Shown: one piece after another, positions 31,272 to 38,803 of the stretch
Position numbering within the stretch: position 1 is the stretch's first letter
Layout: every line of letters starts with the position of its first letter
DNA from: an uncultured Bacteroidales bacterium
GTDB taxonomy: Bacteria; Bacteroidota; Bacteroidia; Bacteroidales; P3
Direction: 5' to 3'
Assembly (NCBI GenBank): GCA_937874175.1
Contig: CALNBJ010000039.1
Span: 143-64,142 of the forward strand
Length of the DNA stretch: 64,000 bases
Notes under the pieces: generated by a model
Told to the model about the DNA's origin: nothing
What the model saw: only the letters and a program-made list of their open reading frames with translations
Database searches by the model: none
Program-made: the position numbers and the translations under genes

Positions 31272-31279
31272 CAAAATTA
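31272..31279 (-). promoter_or_regulatory. -7 box (TAATTTTG on the minus strand) for clpC
   Basis: The plus strand reads CAAAATTA, 21 nt upstream of the clpC ATG. Confidence 0.45.
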
Positions 31280-31426
31280 CTAAGATTATCTCAATTATGA
31301 CATCTTTAATTAATTATTCTTACTTAATTTAGAACAAAGAATACTCTCAATAAACTATTATTCAAAATAATAACATTAAATTTCAATTCAACTTCTTTTT
31401 ATTCTTCGTATTTCAAAAGAAAAAAC

Positions 31427-31434
31427 TAATTTTG
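31427..31434 (+). promoter_or_regulatory. -7 box TAATTTTG for the DUF1015 gene
   Basis: Exact TAnnTTTG match, 48 nt upstream of the ATG at 31482. Confidence 0.45.
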
Positions 31435-31481
31435 CAAATTAATCAGAATTTCACATTATAAATAATTAATAAACAAAAAAA

Positions 31482-32735
31482 ATGGCAAGAGTTAAAGCTT
31501 TTAGGGGGTTACGCCCTCCTGTTGAGATTGCTTCAAGTTTAGCATCTCGTCCATACGATGTTATGAATTCTTCTGAAGCAAGAGTTGAAGCTGCTGGAAA
31601 TGAAGTTTCTTTACTTAGAGTGACTAAGGCTGAAATTGATCTTAATGAAGGAATTGACGAACATTCAAAAGAAGTATATGATAAAGTAGTTGAAAACTTC
31701 AACATGTTTAAAAATAAAGGTTGGTTAGTAAAAGAAAATGAACCAAAACTTTATATTTATGCTCAAACGATGGATGGCAGAACTCAATATGGTATTGTTG
31801 GATGTACTCATATTGATGATTATTTCAACAACAATATAAAAAAACATGAACTTACTCGTAAAGATAAGGAAGATGATAGAATGATTCACGTTAATATTAC
31901 TAATGCTAACGTTGAACCTGTTTTCTTTGCTTACCCTGCACATAAAGAAATTGATCAAATTGTTTCTGAAGTTGTTAATAACGAAAAAGCTATCTATGAT
32001 TTCGTTGCAAAAGAAGATGGTTTTGGACATAAATTTTGGGTAATTAATGACCAAGCAAAAATAAAGAGAATAGAAGAAATATTTGAAAATGAAATTCCTT
32101 CTCTTTATGTTGCTGACGGACACCATAGAACTGCTGCTGCTGCAAGAGTTGGACAAGAAAGAAAAGCTAATAATCCAAATCATACAGGAGATGAAGAATA
32201 CAACTATTTTATGGCTGTGATTTTCCCAGACAATCAATTAAAAATTATTGATTACAATCGTGTTGTTAAAGATTTAAATGGTTTAAGCGAAGAAGAATTT
32301 ATATCCAAATTAAATAAATCATTTACTATTGAAAACATGGGCACTGAAATCTACACTCCTTCAAAGCTTCATGAGTTTAGTATGTATATGAGCGGAAATT
32401 GGTATAAGATGACTGCAAAAGAAGGTACATATAACGATGCTGATCCAATTGGAGTTTTAGATGTTACTATTCTTTCAAATTTAGTTTTAGATGAAATATT
32501 AGACATCAAAGACCTTAGAACTTCAAAGAGAATTGACTTTATTGGAGGAATTAGAGGATTAGGAGAATTAAAAAGAAGAGTTGATAGTGGCGAAATGAAA
32601 GCTGCATTTGCTTTATATGCTGTTTCTATGCAACAACTAATTGATATTGCTGATAGTGGAAACATTATGCCTCCAAAAACTACATGGTTTGAACCAAAAT
32701 TACGTTCAGGTTTAGTGATTCACGAATTAGAATAA
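31482..32735 (+). CDS. DUF1015 domain-containing protein
   Basis: 417 aa. Begins MARVKAFRGLRPP, with an internal YVADGHHR motif, both characteristic of DUF1015. Confidence 0.75.
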   Translation: MARVKAFRGLRPPVEIASSLASRPYDVMNSSEARVEAAGNEVSLLRVTKAEIDLNEGIDEHSKEVYDKVVENFNMFKNKGWLVKENEPKLYIYAQTMDGRTQYGIVGCTHIDDYFNNNIKKHELTRKDKEDDRMIHVNITNANVEPVFFAYPAHKEIDQIVSEVVNNEKAIYDFVAKEDGFGHKFWVINDQAKIKRIEEIFENEIPSLYVADGHHRTAAAARVGQERKANNPNHTGDEEYNYFMAVIFPDNQLKIIDYNRVVKDLNGLSEEEFISKLNKSFTIENMGTEIYTPSKLHEFSMYMSGNWYKMTAKEGTYNDADPIGVLDVTILSNLVLDEILDIKDLRTSKRIDFIGGIRGLGELKRRVDSGEMKAAFALYAVSMQQLIDIADSGNIMPPKTTWFEPKLRSGLVIHELE

Positions 32736-32760
32736 TTAAAACACTGGAAATAAATTCATA

Positions 32761-32797
32761 AAGAGCCGTCAGTAAAAACAGACGGCTCTTTTTTTTA
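32761..32797 (+). terminator. rho-independent terminator
   Basis: AGAGCCGTC-loop-GACGGCTCT followed by T8. Confidence 0.85.
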
Positions 32798-32875
32798 ATT
32801 TAATATTCTTAAAACTTGCTTTTTATATTCTTTTTATCTTACTTTGCAAAAGATTTTTCATAAATAATTTTAGAT

Positions 32876-33427
32876 ATGAGAAGATTAATTACCAAATCAA
32901 TTCTTGTTTTATTATTTATCCCTATTTTGTTTTGGGGATGTAAAGAAAAGGAAGAAGATTATAATTTTAATGAAGGCATTCCTCCTTCAGGAGTTTTTTT
33001 TAAAGCTCGAATTGATGATATTGTTTGGCAAAATAACCACTTGCCAGAAATGATGGTCAAGACAGAACCTATTGGAGCTCCCGAAAAAATGTATGAATTT
33101 ATTGCTTGCAGCGAAAACCAAGCAAATCCAAGCATAATGAACATTCGCTACAGAGTTTATTTGAGAGTTAAAGTTAATGCTGACGGAAGTTTTTCTGATT
33201 ATAGAGTTCAATTTTTTAAAGACAAAACCACAGCAGTTCCATCTCACTTTGATGAATATATGGAATATAGTTCAGGAAAATTGGAGATAATTGAAAAGAC
33301 AGAAAACACAATTACAGCAATTTTCAAAGGAGTGCTTAAAAGAGCTAATAACTACGATGAGGATAAAGAAGTTGATGCAACTATTTATTTTCAAGAGTTT
33401 CCTATTCACAAAATAACTAACAATTAA
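32876..33427 (+). CDS. hypothetical lipoprotein
   Basis: Lipobox LFWGC. 183 aa, beta-rich, with no recognisable motif. Confidence 0.5.
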   Translation: MRRLITKSILVLLFIPILFWGCKEKEEDYNFNEGIPPSGVFFKARIDDIVWQNNHLPEMMVKTEPIGAPEKMYEFIACSENQANPSIMNIRYRVYLRVKVNADGSFSDYRVQFFKDKTTAVPSHFDEYMEYSSGKLEIIEKTENTITAIFKGVLKRANNYDEDKEVDATIYFQEFPIHKITNN

Positions 33428-33442
33428 ACAACAACAAATATT

Positions 33443-34165
33443 ATGGAAAAGAATAAACAGCTATCAATTATCATTATAGGAATTTGCGTTTCAATAAGCT
33501 TATTATTTGTAGGGTTTTTTATTTACAAAGGGTTAAAAACATTTAGTGATAAGGAAAGGGTTGTTAGTGTTAGAGGTCTTTCTGAAATGATTGTCGATGC
33601 TGATTATGCCAATCTGAAAATAAAATACACAGAAGGAGATAATGATATGCAGTCTCTTTTAAATAAGATTGAAGACAACAACAATAAGATAGTTAGTTTT
33701 ATTAAATCCAACGGATTAACAGATAGTGAAATAAACCTTGGTGTTCCTGTTATTAAAGACAAAAAGAATACAGAATACAATAATAACTATTCTTCAAATT
33801 CACTTAGATATTATTGTGAAGAAACCATTACAATACAATCCAATAAGGTTGAAAATGTTAGGAAGATTGAACTCTCCCAATTTGACCTCTACAAGCAAGG
33901 AATAACTCTTTCTCAGAGCAGTTATGAGTATGAAGGTGATTCAAAATACACATTTACTAAGCTAAATGATATAAAGCCAAAAATGATTGAAGAATCTACC
34001 AATAATGCAAGAATTGCAGGAGAACAATTCTCTAAGAATTCTAAATCTAAGCTTGGAGGAATAAAATCAGCTTATCAAGGTCAGTTTGAAATTACTCCAA
34101 CTGAAAACCCACTAAAGCTAAAAGTTAGAGTAGTTTCATCCATTAGTTACTTCCTTAACGACTAA
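33443..34165 (+). CDS. SIMPL/DUF541-like protein
   Basis: N-terminal TM helix, VSVRGLSE start of the domain, and a C-terminal ...GGIKSAYQGQFEI pattern. Confidence 0.55.
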   Translation: MEKNKQLSIIIIGICVSISLLFVGFFIYKGLKTFSDKERVVSVRGLSEMIVDADYANLKIKYTEGDNDMQSLLNKIEDNNNKIVSFIKSNGLTDSEINLGVPVIKDKKNTEYNNNYSSNSLRYYCEETITIQSNKVENVRKIELSQFDLYKQGITLSQSSYEYEGDSKYTFTKLNDIKPKMIEESTNNARIAGEQFSKNSKSKLGGIKSAYQGQFEITPTENPLKLKVRVVSSISYFLND

Positions 34166-34177
34166 TAAAGCATATAT

Positions 34178-35065
34178 TTGGATAATAGAAATTCCATAAA
34201 ATTTATTCAAGCAAAATCCATTCTATCAAAACTATCTCATACAGATTCATGGTTTGGGATAAGTTATAATATGAACCTTTACAGAGGATGTCAGCATGGT
34301 TGCATTTATTGCGACACAAGGAGTGAATGTTATGGTATAAATGATATTTCGCAGATAAGCATAAAAGAAAATGCAATTGACCTACTTCAAAAAGAACTTT
34401 CCTCCAAAAGGAAACAAAAAGCAACAATAGGTACTGGTTCAATGAACGACCCCTATATGCCAATTGAAAAAGAAATCAAACTAACAAGAAAGGCATTAGA
34501 GGTAATCAATAAATATAAATACCCTGTTCATATAATAACCAAAAGCAATTTAGTTGAAAGAGATGTTGATTTGCTTGAAGAAATTTCAAAAACCTATTCA
34601 GCCGTAAGTTTCACCATAACAACCTTTGACGATAACATTTCAAAACAAATTGAGCCTTTTGCACCCTCATCATCATTACGATTTAAAGCAATTGAAACTT
34701 TAGCAAAAAAAGGAATCTATACTGGAATAACCCTAATGCCAATACTTCCTTTCATTAATGACAATGTAGAAAATATAAAATCAATAATACGTAAAGCAAA
34801 AGACTCTGGAGCCTCCTATATTCTTCCTGCCTTTGGATTAACATTAAGAAAAGGCTCAAGAGAATATTTCTATACGGAGTTAGACCGGAGTTATATTGGA
34901 CTTAGAGCGAAGTATGAAGCTTATTTTCAAGAAAGATATATATGCCCCTCTCCCAACTACCAAAAGTTACAAGAGGTTTTTGAAACCGAAATTCAAAAAT
35001 GTAACATAAAATCTCAAATGGAATTTTATCGTCCAAAAGAAGAAACCCAATTAAAAATGTTCTAA
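34178..35065 (+). CDS. radical SAM protein (SplB/Rv2578c-like, COG1533 type)
   Basis: TTG start. YRGCQHGCIYCDTR contains the CxxxCxxC cluster motif near the N-terminus. 295 aa. Confidence 0.65.
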   Translation: MDNRNSIKFIQAKSILSKLSHTDSWFGISYNMNLYRGCQHGCIYCDTRSECYGINDISQISIKENAIDLLQKELSSKRKQKATIGTGSMNDPYMPIEKEIKLTRKALEVINKYKYPVHIITKSNLVERDVDLLEEISKTYSAVSFTITTFDDNISKQIEPFAPSSSLRFKAIETLAKKGIYTGITLMPILPFINDNVENIKSIIRKAKDSGASYILPAFGLTLRKGSREYFYTELDRSYIGLRAKYEAYFQERYICPSPNYQKLQEVFETEIQKCNIKSQMEFYRPKEETQLKMF

Positions 35066-35071
35066 AAAAAA

Positions 35072-35100
35072 TCCCTTAAAATAGAACTTACTTTAAGGGA
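35072..35100. terminator. bidirectional hairpin between convergent genes
   Basis: TCCCTTAAA-loop-TTTAAGGGA with a preceding A8 run. Confidence 0.55.
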
Positions 35101-35108
35101 ATGTATTT

Positions 35109-35618
35109 TTACTCTATTGGAATAAATACTTCTGTTTTCAGTTTATTCTCTTTAGTATTATTTGGATTATTCAAATACTTTTCGAGCCAAGGAGCATTTC
35201 TAAACTTATACCCCTTATCATTCAAATAATCGTTATAAATTATATCATATACCTTGTTAAAATTGCTATACGAACCAATATAAAGAAACTTCAGATACCT
35301 ACCTCCTTCTATTTCCTTAATCTTAACTTCATCAGTTTCTGGAGCATCACGAGTTATGGTAATGCAAGCATCAAACAAACATTCTTCCCTTGGAGTTGTT
35401 GTTGGGTCAGAAAGATAAAGACCCAAAAACTCCATTCTCATATTAAAAAGCTTATTTTCCTTAATAAATGGCCATAGTTTGCTCCATAAAGAGGAGTAAT
35501 CAATCTTTGAATAATCTCCCTTAGCACTAACAACCGCAACTTTTCTATTTGTTCTTTCAATAAGCTTGGGCTCTCTCAAATTAATCTCACTACTTATTCT
35601 TTTTCCTTTTAACAACAT
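35109..35618 (-). CDS. GyrI-like small-molecule-binding domain protein
   Basis: 169 aa, with a size and beta-alpha pattern typical of the family (KVAVVSAKGDY...EIEGGRYLKFLYIGSY...TEVFIPIE). Confidence 0.45.
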   Translation of the reverse strand: MLLKGKRISSEINLREPKLIERTNRKVAVVSAKGDYSKIDYSSLWSKLWPFIKENKLFNMRMEFLGLYLSDPTTTPREECLFDACITITRDAPETDEVKIKEIEGGRYLKFLYIGSYSNFNKVYDIIYNDYLNDKGYKFRNAPWLEKYLNNPNNTKENKLKTEVFIPIE

Positions 35619-35624
35619 AATATT

Positions 35625-36074
35625 CTAATATTTAATTAATGATAATAACAGAGCAATAACAGAAACAATAAAGAAATAACCAACGTCAATCGATGCTAAA
35701 GTAATGTAGCGTTTCCAATTACTTATTTGAAATTTTAGAGTTGATTTCATCCAAGCACTAATAGAAACTACAACAATAACCGATAGCCAAATTGAAATTG
35801 GAGTTAAAACAAAATACATCAACACAACAAAAGCAGTTGAAATTAATTGAATTAACATTGTTGAAAAAACTGACTTTTTCTTGCAAGTACATTTTTCGCC
35901 ATTAACAACATCAGCCCCACAAGCACATTCATATCTCACGGCTTTCATCCATGTTTTAGGGAATAAAAAACCATACCATATAGCACCTGCTAAAAAAGAT
36001 GCCACTACGGCAACACAATACCAAAGCCATGATATTGCTTCAAACGGACATTCATTTGTAATAGATGTTTCCAT
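35625..36074 (-). CDS. DUF1761-like membrane protein with a Cys-rich insert
   Basis: FLAGAIWYGFLFPKTWMKAV resembles the DUF1761 N-terminal motif. An insert CACGADVVNGEKCTCKKK precedes the remaining TM helices. Confidence 0.4.
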   Translation of the reverse strand: METSITNECPFEAISWLWYCVAVVASFLAGAIWYGFLFPKTWMKAVRYECACGADVVNGEKCTCKKKSVFSTMLIQLISTAFVVLMYFVLTPISIWLSVIVVVSISAWMKSTLKFQISNWKRYITLASIDVGYFFIVSVIALLLSLIKY

Positions 36075-36102
36075 ATTAAAATTGTTTTTGAAATTATATA
36101 TG

Positions 36103-36110
36103 CAAAAGTA
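36103..36110 (-). promoter_or_regulatory. -7 box (TACTTTTG on the minus strand) for the DUF1761/GyrI-like operon
   Basis: The plus strand reads CAAAAGTA, 29 nt upstream of the ATG at 36074. It lies at the edge of the left copy of a 30-bp direct repeat. Confidence 0.45.
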
Positions 36111-36139
36111 ATATATTTCTCCCCAAATTGATAATAATT
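36110..36139. repeat. left copy of a roughly 30-bp direct repeat bracketing array locus 4
   Basis: AATATATTTCTCCCCAAATTGATAATAATT. The 16-mer CAAATTGATAATAATT is identical to 36398-36413. Confidence 0.8.
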
Positions 36140-36196
36140 GATAGAAAAATATATTTGAAAGTATTTAAGGAAATTTATTTTAATGAAAGAAGTTTT

Positions 36197-36320
36197 TCCT
36201 TATTCTATTTTACTAACTCCTTATTCTATTCTACTGAAACAAGGTTTTATTTTACTGAAATCAAGTTTTAATTTTTTCTTTCTTCGTTTTAATTTACCGC
36301 AAACAAGGTTTTATTTTTTG
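36197..36320. repeat. phased direct-repeat array, locus 4 (about 21-bp period, non-palindromic)
   Basis: TCCTTATTCTATT at 36197 and 36218; ACTGAAA at 36233 and 36254; AAGGTTTTATTTT at 36241 and 36305. Confidence 0.75.
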
Positions 36321-36383
36321 ATTATTACTTCTATGATTAGAGTGAAAGTATATTATTGAAATTATGATTAAATAATACCTGCA

Positions 36384-36413
36384 AATATATTTATTCTCAA
36401 ATTGATAATAATT
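36384..36413. repeat. right copy of the roughly 30-bp direct repeat, carrying a second minus-strand -7 box
   Basis: AATATATTTATTCTCAAATTGATAATAATT. CAAATATA at 36382-36389 corresponds to TATATTTG on the minus strand. Confidence 0.75.
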
Positions 36414-36454
36414 ATTCGATAATATTTTAGAAGTTATTCTGAGGGAATACATTT

Positions 36455-36496
36455 AAAAGAAAAAAGGACTTTAATTAGTTATAATCAAAGTCCTTT
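36455..36496 (-). terminator. terminator downstream of tRNA-Ser
   Basis: On the minus strand: AAAGGACTTT-loop-AAAGTCCTTT followed by a T-run. Confidence 0.65.
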
Positions 36497-36504
36497 TAAT
36501 GTTT

Positions 36505-36592
36505 TGGCGGAAAGTGAGGGATTCGAACCCCCGGACCTGTTACAGTCAACAGTTTTCAAGACTGCCGCAATCGACCACTCTGCCAACTTTCC
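36505..36592 (-). tRNA. tRNA-Ser (anticodon UGA), CCA encoded
   Basis: The reverse complement reads GGAAAGTTGGCAGAGTGGTCGATTGCGGCAGTCTTGAAAACTGTTGACTGTAACAGGTCCGGGGGTTCGAATCCCTCACTTTCCGCCA. It has a 7-bp acceptor stem, anticodon loop CTTGAAA, a long variable arm and the T-loop GGTTCGAATCC. Confidence 0.93.
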
Positions 36593-36597
36593 GAGTG

Positions 36598-36605
36598 CAA
36601 AGTTA
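36598..36605 (-). promoter_or_regulatory. -7 box (TAACTTTG on the minus strand) for tRNA-Ser
   Basis: The plus strand reads CAAAGTTA, ending 6 nt before the tRNA 5' end. Confidence 0.5.
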
Positions 36606-36699
36606 CTACTTTTTCATTAACCACAAAGTTTTTGCTCAATTTTTTTAGAAGTTTTTTTTGCAAACGAAAAACAATAATATCTAATTCAAATAATTATCT

Positions 36700-36707
36700 T
36701 ATATTTG
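36700..36707 (+). promoter_or_regulatory. -7 box TATATTTG for the deoxyhypusine-synthase-like gene
   Basis: Exact TAnnTTTG match, 58 nt upstream of the ATG at 36765. Confidence 0.45.
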
Positions 36708-36764
36708 CAAACTGAATTATTATTAAAACAAGTAATACAAACAATATTAAATTTAATTTAACCC

Positions 36765-37787
36765 ATGAAAAAGAAAGATTTACTTAAGGATATTGTTAAG
36801 CATGTAGATATTAAGAAAATCAATACAACTGATTTAATTAATGCTATGAGAGATATGTCCTTCTCTTCTCGTGATACAGCAACTGCAGTTGATATTTACG
36901 ATAGAATGATTAATGATAAAGAATGTTCCATTATTCTTACCCTTGCAGGAAGTACTTCAGCAGGAGGTTGTATGCAAGTTTATGTTGATATGGTTAAAAA
37001 CAAAATGATTGACTGTATTGTTGCAACTGGAGCATCAATTATAGATATGGATTTCTTTGAAGCATTAGGATTTAAACACTATAAAGGAACTCCATTTATT
37101 GACGATAAATATCTTCGTTCCAACTACATTGACAGAATTTATGATACATACATTGATGAAGAAGAACTTCAAAACTGCGATGGAACAATTAAAATGATTG
37201 CTGACAAATTGGAAAAAAGACCTTATTCTTCAAGAGAATTTATTTGGGAAATTGGTAAATGGCTTTCAGAAGGAAATGCAAAGAAGACTGATTCTTTAAT
37301 TCAAGCATGTTATGAAAACAATGTGCCTATCTTCTGCCCTGCTTTCACCGATTCATCTGCTGGATTTGGATTAGTTATGCATCAAGTTGAAAACCCAGAA
37401 AAACATCTTAGCATAGACTCAGTTAAAGATTTCTTAGAACTTACCAATATTAAAATTGCTGCAAAAACCACTGGATTATTTATGATTGGTGGAGGAGTTC
37501 CAAAGAACTTTACTCAAGACACTGTTGTGTGTGCTGAAATTTTAGGACATGAAGTTGATATGCACAAATACGCAATTCAAATAACTGTAGCTGATGTTAG
37601 AGATGGAGCTTGCTCTTCTTCAACACTTAAAGAAGCATCATCATGGGGGAAAGTTGACACAACATTCGAACAAATGGTATATGCAGAAGCAACAACAGTT
37701 GTTCCTATGATTGGCTCTTATCTTTATCATAAAGGAGATTGGAAAAACAGAACACCAAGAAACTTTGCTAAATTGTTTCAACAATAA
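36765..37787 (+). CDS. deoxyhypusine synthase family protein (homospermidine-synthase-like)
   Basis: 340 aa. Contains ILTLAGSTSAGG, FTDSSAGFGL and IGGGVPKNF motifs of the DHS fold. Confidence 0.75.
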   Translation: MKKKDLLKDIVKHVDIKKINTTDLINAMRDMSFSSRDTATAVDIYDRMINDKECSIILTLAGSTSAGGCMQVYVDMVKNKMIDCIVATGASIIDMDFFEALGFKHYKGTPFIDDKYLRSNYIDRIYDTYIDEEELQNCDGTIKMIADKLEKRPYSSREFIWEIGKWLSEGNAKKTDSLIQACYENNVPIFCPAFTDSSAGFGLVMHQVENPEKHLSIDSVKDFLELTNIKIAAKTTGLFMIGGGVPKNFTQDTVVCAEILGHEVDMHKYAIQITVADVRDGACSSSTLKEASSWGKVDTTFEQMVYAEATTVVPMIGSYLYHKGDWKNRTPRNFAKLFQQ

Positions 37788-37881
37788 GGGGAAAGGGATC
37801 AAACATTGCTGGCTTTATAAAAGTTGCTGATTCAATGATTGAACTTGGCGTTTGCTAAGCTAAATAATTGACAATAATATG

Positions 37882-37911
37882 AAAGCGTCTCAGAAATGAG
37901 ACGCTTTTTTT
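37882..37911 (+). terminator. rho-independent terminator; also the left copy of the AAAGCGTCTCA repeat
   Basis: AGCGTCTCA-GAAA-TGAGACGCT followed by T7. Confidence 0.85.
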
Positions 37912-37934
37912 GTTTATATGTCGAATAATATTTC

Positions 37935-37942
37935 TACTTTTG
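37935..37942 (+). promoter_or_regulatory. -7 box TACTTTTG for the two-nuclease operon
   Basis: Exact TAnnTTTG match inside the longest ORF, 27 nt upstream of the internal ATG at 37969. This argues for the shorter start. Confidence 0.45.
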
Positions 37943-37968
37943 TCAAATTAATTTTAAATCAAAATTAT

Positions 37969-38802
37969 ATGACAAAAGGAATATTCAGTTCATTTAATGA
38001 GAATTCAAAACTATTTGAAATTCTTAAGAAAGAACCGCCTATTTGGTGGAAGAATATTAAATCTGATAAAGACTTAAATATTGAACTTAGAAAAGATAAC
38101 TATATTAATATCTATTACTATGGAGGTTGTGTCGCAAAGATATGGTATGATAATAAACTTCATGCAGAAACACATCATAAGTATTTAAATCTTCCTCAAA
38201 AAGGGGAAACAATTTATTTGGATTCTATAGATTATCTTAGTAGTGATAAAAAAATAAATGATATTAAATCAGCAATCAGTGATATTTTTCTTAATGATAA
38301 TATTGAAGGGGATCAAAAAAGAAAAGATAAAAAACTAACTGAATCTTGTGAAAAAAAAGTACAAGGAAGATTAATACTTGATTCAAAAGTTAATTATATA
38401 GATTCAGAATTTGCATATAATAGGTCAAAACAAAGAATTCGTTTTGATTTGATAAAAGTTGAAGATGGATCGATTTCATTTGTTGAACTTAAACTTATTA
38501 GTGATTCAAGATTAACTTCAAAAAAGGATAATGAGATAGAGATAATAACTCAAATGAATAAATATTCTGAGTTTATTCAAGATTATAAAGAGGATATTAT
38601 CCCATACTATAAAAAACTTTTAAATGTAAAGCAAAGTTTGGGGATAATTGATGACATCCCTGAAATAAAAGAACTGAATTTCAAACCTCAACTATTAATA
38701 ATTAATAATTATCTTGGTAAAGGTATTAAAGTTAGAGATAATAGAATTGATAGAATAAAAAAGATCATTTCAAACCAAAAATTTGATTTTGAAATAAGAT
38801 AA
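37969..38802 (+). CDS. hypothetical protein with a C-terminal PD-(D/E)xK-like nuclease motif
   Basis: 277 aa from the internal Met. Contains ESCEKKVQGRL ... IRFDLIKVEDGSISFVELKLISD, i.e. E, then D-x13-E-x-K. The N-terminal 150 aa have no motif I recognise. Confidence 0.5.
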   Translation: MTKGIFSSFNENSKLFEILKKEPPIWWKNIKSDKDLNIELRKDNYINIYYYGGCVAKIWYDNKLHAETHHKYLNLPQKGETIYLDSIDYLSSDKKINDIKSAISDIFLNDNIEGDQKRKDKKLTESCEKKVQGRLILDSKVNYIDSEFAYNRSKQRIRFDLIKVEDGSISFVELKLISDSRLTSKKDNEIEIITQMNKYSEFIQDYKEDIIPYYKKLLNVKQSLGIIDDIPEIKELNFKPQLLIINNYLGKGIKVRDNRIDRIKKIISNQKFDFEIR

Positions 38803-38803
38803 G

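Noticed and set aside
31725-32237. 170-aa minus-strand ORF antisense to the DUF1015 gene. Similar antisense ORFs occur at 17176-17424, 19996-20322, 27615-27938, 30386-30730, 40580-40888, 41458-41777, 45573-45782, 48854-49147, 52051-52447 and 62792-63082.
   Set aside because: All lie fully inside well-supported genes on the opposite strand or in another frame. Their translations are low-complexity and AT-codon-driven (Ile/Phe/Asn/Lys-rich), with no motifs.
37797-37859. Short in-frame stretch GSNIAGFIKVADSMIELGVC-stop after the dhs-like gene, resembling a protein C-terminus (possible gene remnant).
   Set aside because: It is only about 20 codons. I cannot assign a family without a search, so it is not called as a pseudogene.
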